From Octopus vulgaris (lineage: Eukaryota): a DNA stretch of 64,000 nucleotides. Both the position numbers and the translations under genes were made by a program. Under the pieces are notes generated by a model. It worked only from the letters and a program-made list of their open reading frames with translations. It was not told where the DNA came from and did no database searches. Position 1 is the first letter of the stretch. Every line of letters begins with the position of its first letter. Shown here piece after piece: positions 58,003 through 64,000 of this stretch. The DNA lies in the NCBI GenBank assembly GCA_951406725.2, contig OX597828.1, forward strand, positions 20,584,001 through 20,648,000, written 5' to 3'.

Positions 58003-58699
58003 TGTATGTGTATATGTGTCTATACATACATATATATATATATATATATGCATGAATGTATGTATGCATGCATGTATATACGTATGTATTGTTAATATTC
58101 ACTTGGTTTCCTGTCGACCTAATGTAGTGAATTAGATAAGGATCAAGAAACATGCCAATGTTGGCTTTGATTAACTTTATTTATTTGATAATAGTGAATC
58201 CAAAGATCCTGGAGTCAACATACATACAGCTTGCATTTTTTTTTAGAATTCTCTTTGATTTTATTTATTTCTTTTACTATTTATTTCAATATTTTGTAAT
58301 TTTTGCAGGGCAGCAAGTGTATTAAGAAAATAGGCCGCCATTGCTGCATAATCTGCTCCATATAGTAGTGATGTTCATTTTCGGTTATTAGAAGGAAAAA
58401 GCCATTGAGATTGCTAATGTAAGTCGAATTATTTTCTCTCAGAGCTACATCAATCAGAGTGTTCAGCAATTTATTATTTTCCGTTCCAAATGGCATCTAG
58501 CTAATTCTTGATCATATTTACTTTCCTTGGAAAATATAGCAATCGTAGAGTCTGTGATGTTATTAACTGATTTAGCGAAATTATCAGTGTTGGCTAATAA
58601 AAGTAATGTGCTTGACGCATAATAATATTTTTAAATGAAGGTAGAAAGATTTAGTATTATCCTTGCCTGGTATTAATATAATTGTGATGAATATGTGTC

Positions 58700-58757
<58 letters not shown>

Positions 58758-59106
58758 TATGTGTATGTATGTATGTATGTATGTCGTAGTTTTCAGTCAT
58801 TGAACTGCGACCTGGTATTAATATAATTGTGATTGATATATATATATATATATATATATTACTTGCTTCGGTCATTGAACTTCAGCCATACTGGAGCATC
58901 TGCTTGATGGATTTATTCGGTTAAATGGACCACAGTACTGATTTTTCTGTGTTTGATAATTATTCCATTGGTCTCTTTTGCCGAAGTGTTAAGTTACAAG
59001 GAAGCAAGCAAATCAGCCCCTGTTGTGAAATTGTGAGGGCTAAACATAAGTAGGAAGACTCTCTCTCTTTCAGACAGACAGACACACACACACATACATA
59101 CATACA

Positions 59107-59204
<98 letters not shown>

Positions 59205-59266
59205 TATACGTATATACACAAACATATATATTATAGAATCCACAACTTAAAAATAACTGGTAAATT

Positions 59267-59324
59267 CCCTATTGCAATTTCGACGTTAGAGACCTCTTAA
59301 GGGACCCATTCGTCTCGTCAGGGG
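59267..59324 (-). ncRNA. Minimal type-I hammerhead ribozyme
   Basis: Minus strand CCC-CUGACGA-GACG...CGUC-GAAA UUGCAA U-A-GGG; full core, G-C closing pair of stem II, palindromic AUUGCAAU stem III. Confidence 0.78.
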
Positions 59325-59697
59325 TATTCTTATAAAGAGAAATCAAAACAAGATTTTACCTTGGGGCTAGCATTAAGCCCAACCGGCAAGAGAAATGTTT
59401 CAATCTCTATCTACACGTTAAAGTTTTGAATTCAAGTGTCATGCACAGCGTTTATGGGAAAAGACGGTAAATTCAAGCTACGGCAAAATCCCCGGATATG
59501 AGTTGAAGAAAATTAAATAATTAGAAAGTAATGTTATAAAACATTACGGAGGATATATCATAAATAATTAAGATTATTTATGAATATATCAATGGCCAAA
59601 CATGTTATCATAAAATATAAAAAAGAACATTTATGATCATGAACAAGTCACAATTATATCTAAGAGGGTTTCAAAACCCTTACATGTTAAAAATAGC

Positions 59698-59855
59698 ATG
59701 GTGTTTGGAGTGATCACTAGTGACAGCGACGTTATGCCTCAGACTCAACACGGAGGCCTACATCAAGAGCCTAGAGGAGGTAGTGCTGCTCTGGGTCAAG
59801 AGGGAGGCTGCTGGAGGACCCTATATCTGGCAACAGGACTCTGCACCATGCTACG
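59698..59855 (+). pseudogene. Tc1/mariner-superfamily transposase fragment
   Basis: MVFGVITSDSDVMP then, after a frameshift, AAGGPYIWQQDSAPC. Confidence 0.6.
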
Positions 59856-60229
59856 CATGCTTCAGACGTGTTCGTTATTGGTGAACAAAACAATTGCATT
59901 ATGTAAAAAAAAGTTCTCTTAAGGCGAATTAAGAATAAAATTTAACATTTAGGATTTCCACATAAATATTACATAATGTATATTGACCCTCCCATCTTGG
60001 TTACAGCTGAGAATATATATAGTCGAGTGAATGAGTAAACAAACAAGAGAATGTAGTACTCACCACATTTATTTAGTAGTATTTAGTGACAGTGTTTGAC
60101 TCAGCTTCTCATTACTTAAAGTTTCGTGCCCATAAAATACATCTACATCATCAGATGTTTTTCTTTCAATATACATTTGCTCGTGCAACAATACACCACA
60201 TCAGTCTTTCTGCTGAACTTCTAACTGCT

Positions 60230-60980
60230 GTGTCCAACTATCCGGTCAATATATACACAATATGTTTATCAATTTTATTTTTATCTATTCCCTAAACACT
60301 GAAGTCATTTGTCTAGCCAACATTTACACACTGTATTTATCTCTTCAGTCATTATCCTGTCAATAAGTGTATGTATATATATATATATATATTCTTTGTC
60401 TATCCTTTCAGTCAATAATTATTTGCCACGTTTGTCTATCAAGTCAACATATGTACACTGTGTTTATCAATTCACTCATCTACAAATGTATTCACCTGTC
60501 TAACCAATATATACACTCTCTGTTAATCTCTCTTGTCATTACCCCGCCGGTTTGTGTGTGTGTATGTGTGTGTGTGTGTGAGTGTGTGTGTGCGTGTATG
60601 TGTGTGTGTACATTTTAGTTGTCCAGTGAACCTCCACACGCTGTGTTTATCAATCCGCTCCTCATTTTTACGATGTATCGATCTCTCCCCACTTTATCTG
60701 TACACACTATTTTCATCCAGTCAGCATCTACACACTCGCTGTACTCATCCAGTTAACATATACCAAACCCAGGTCATATCCAAATATTCATCGCCTACAA
60801 AATGTATCTATTTGTCTATCTACATGACTACATACCGGCCTACCTTTCCACCCATATATCTATCAATATATCTATCTATTCATTCTTGCCCTATCGATAC
60901 ACTTTCTGTCTATCCAGTCAACGCCTACACACACTTTATATTCATCCATTTAACATCGACAAGCCCACTCTAATCAATCA
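60230..60980. repeat. Degenerate tandem repeat of ~60-70-bp units
   Basis: TCTATCCAGTCAACATATACACACTGTGTTTATC-like motif recurs about 8 times. Confidence 0.55.
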
Positions 60981-61630
60981 CTAATCATTTACAAAAGAAA
61001 TTTCTGTCTACTTATCTGTCTAGCTATCAGTCTGTCTCCCTATCTAGCTATTTACCTCTCTATCTACGTATGTATCTATCTTAGCAATGCATCTCCCAAT
61101 CTATCGATACACTCATCAACTACACACAAAACCCAACCTAGCCATATCTTTTATCCGGTCGCTCCACTTATCAAATATTGACCAGACAGTAGATTTCTGC
61201 AAGAGGCGAGGAGAAGTCAGTTCTACTCTCAAGCCGTCAACCTTAATCCGTTACAAAACATATTCCTACAATCGATCACTTCTTTTGAATCCATCAATAT
61301 TCCCATAAACCACACGGTGAGATTAATAATACTTTCATAGCTTATTGATTCAGCATAACTTTTCATTTATGAAGTTTCCGATAACTATTACATTTCTAGT
61401 CTCTTTGTTGTACCCTATTTGACGAAACAATTTCGTCCCTTCTTTCTCTGCCAAGAGATATTTTCAATTAGATTCTTTGTCGCTATTCTTTCATTTACCT
61501 TTCTCCATTTTGTTTCGTTCATTTTTCCCTTTCTCCCTCTTCTCAACCAATATTCTTGTCTGTGTCTTCTTCCTATATTCTTACCTTTCTAAATCTCACT
61601 ACCTTTGTATAATTTTGTACTAATGTTTTC

Positions 61631-61699
<69 letters not shown>

Positions 61700-61817
61700 T
61701 GTATGTATACATATATATATACATATATATACACATATGTATGTATACATAAATATATATTTATATACGTACATATATATATGCATATATATGCATATAT
61801 ATTTACGTGTAAAATAT

Positions 61818-61856
<39 letters not shown>

Positions 61857-61907
61857 TGTATATATAGATATAGATATATAGACAGATATATGAATATATA
61901 TATATAT

Positions 61908-62270
61908 GTTCCCAACCACATGGCTCCGGGTTCAGTCCCACTGCGTGGCACCTTGAACAAGTGTCTTCTACTATAGCCTTGAAGCCTTGTGAGTGAATTT
62001 GGTAAACGGAAACTGAAAGAAGCTCGTCGCATATATGCATGCATATGTATGTATGTGTTTGTTGTTTGTGTCTGTGTTTGTCCCTCCACCATTGCTTGGC
62101 AACCGATGTTGGTGTCTTTACGTCCTCGTGACTAAGTGGTTCGGCAAAAGTAGAAGATAGAATAAGTACTAGACTTACAAAGAATAAGTCCTGGGCTCAA
62201 TTTATTCGACTAAAGGTGGTGCTCCAGCATGGCCGCAGTCAATGACTGAAACAAGTAAAAGACTAAAAGA
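61908..62270 (+). mobile_element. SINE family B, 5'-truncated
   Basis: CCCAACCACATGGCTCCGGGTTCAGTCCCACTGCGTGGCACC. Confidence 0.85.
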
Positions 62271-62345
62271 ATACATAGAGAGAGAGAGAGTGAAATGGAT
62301 GGAGGGATGCGTGGGTGTGTGGATATATGGGCGTATGGATTGACT

Positions 62346-62500
<155 letters not shown>

Positions 62501-63074
62501 GATAGGCAGACAGATAGATGAGCGCCTTCTGTTTAACACAAGTGACAAAAGATATCACTTATTAAAGAATATATTCATTTGTATGATGCGAGTAATTCAA
62601 GCGGTTGCTTTTCATTATTCATCGATCGATGAAGACGAATTCCTTCAGTCGTCAGTAAGATATTTACATACGTGTGTGTGTGTATGAATGTATATATGTA
62701 TCTGTATCTATAATTATTTATTAATATACATAGATATTTGATGGCTGTCTCTTGCAGTAAATGTTCAGAGAGCTTTCCACCCACGTTGGCATAAATACGC
62801 GTATATATACATATATAAATACATACATACATGCATGCATACATACGTACACACACACACACACACTCACATACATATATACATGCACTCATATAAATAT
62901 ACATATATATATATGTTTACATACATATATACGTATGTATATATTTGCGTGTGTATGTATATATATACATATATATGTGTATTTATGTATGTAAATGTAT
63001 ATGTTTATATATGTATATTATATATATATATACACTTATACATATATATTCACATACATACATGTATATTTATA

Positions 63075-63460
63075 CTAGAAGGCATAGTGCCGCAGGCTTT
63101 CTTTCGTAGGTTTTTCCATGCTCAGTCAGATGCACGTTTGTTAATGTTGTTTTCGAACAGTTGCCAGTTAAAAACAGTAGGAAGAACACGGACAAAGAAG
63201 GACTTCCAGAGGGACGACGCTTTGAAGAGGAACGAGTAGTTATAATGGCCAGTGAAGGGCTTGTGGAGAAGACGATATAAATGAGAAGTGGAGAAAAAGT
63301 GAATGACTCGGAAATTCATGTTGTGGGTGATATGAGACCAACTTGCTGCGAAGAAACATTTATATGAAATATTCGTGGAAGGGACAGAAAGATTAGCGGG
63401 AAGATCTGTGGAGCAAAGGTTGGTAAACGACAACATGTCTATAGGTAACATGACCCTTCT
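63075..63460 (-). mobile_element. Possible LINE ORF2 C-terminal remnant
   Basis: ORF 63122..63451 ends KSFFVRVLPTVFNWQLFENNINK, reminiscent of L2/Jockey-group tails. Confidence 0.35.
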
Positions 63461-64000
63461 TTTGATAGATTGTTTTTGTGAAACAGCAGCAGAAGTTGTA
63501 CTAGACGAGGTCGAGACAAAACTCTACATGTAGTCTCGTTTATCGCTGATTCAGTCATCCTTGATCCTGCATAACACGGTACGTACAATTGTGAAGCATG
63601 TTAAGCTTATCATGAAATGATTTGTGATAACAGGGGTTGATAATTGCTTGTACCACAAAAACGTGTGTCAGCTTTTTAATAGAAATTCATATAAAGTTAG
63701 TTTTGTTGTAAAGACCAATGTAACAAAATTACTGGCAAATATTCCCTTAACTGCATTTGACTTTCAAACTCTTAATTCCCTTGTACTAACGTTTAGCTTG
63801 ACGATAGAACTCCTCTTAAATCTTACATTAACCTTCCAGAAAATTCTTTAAAAACAAGACATCAATTATCCAGAAGATACGCTATAACAGCGATTAATTT
63901 CATTTGGCCTTTGAAGGAATCAGTGTCTGAGTTTTGTAATTATTATAATCATGATAATTTTTTTTTTTACCTTTGAGAGTGAAGGGGCCAGTCGATTACA

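Overview
AT-rich, repeat-saturated animal genomic DNA that looks intronic or intergenic. The SINE families and microsatellite load look like an octopus or other coleoid cephalopod (inference). I found no convincing host protein-coding exon, and nearly all ORFs in the track are microsatellite artefacts. The window holds about 25 tRNA-headed SINE copies of 3-4 families, LINE fragments (RTE/BovB, R4/Dong, CR1/L2-like), Tc1/mariner elements and MITEs, and two back-to-back non-autonomous Helitrons. The most notable signal is an RNA-level system. A young Penelope-like element (Neptune-type C-terminal GIY-YIG endonuclease, about 33616-37127) forms a near-perfect ~1.1 kb fold-back with a hammerhead ribozyme in each arm. 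At least seven more minimal type-I hammerhead or hammerhead-like motifs sit in short (200-1300 bp) non-coding cassettes inserted into (TA)n and other microsatellites. Most have palindromic stem III, and some have non-canonical cores. All coordinates were read by eye, and SINE/LINE edges are approximate.
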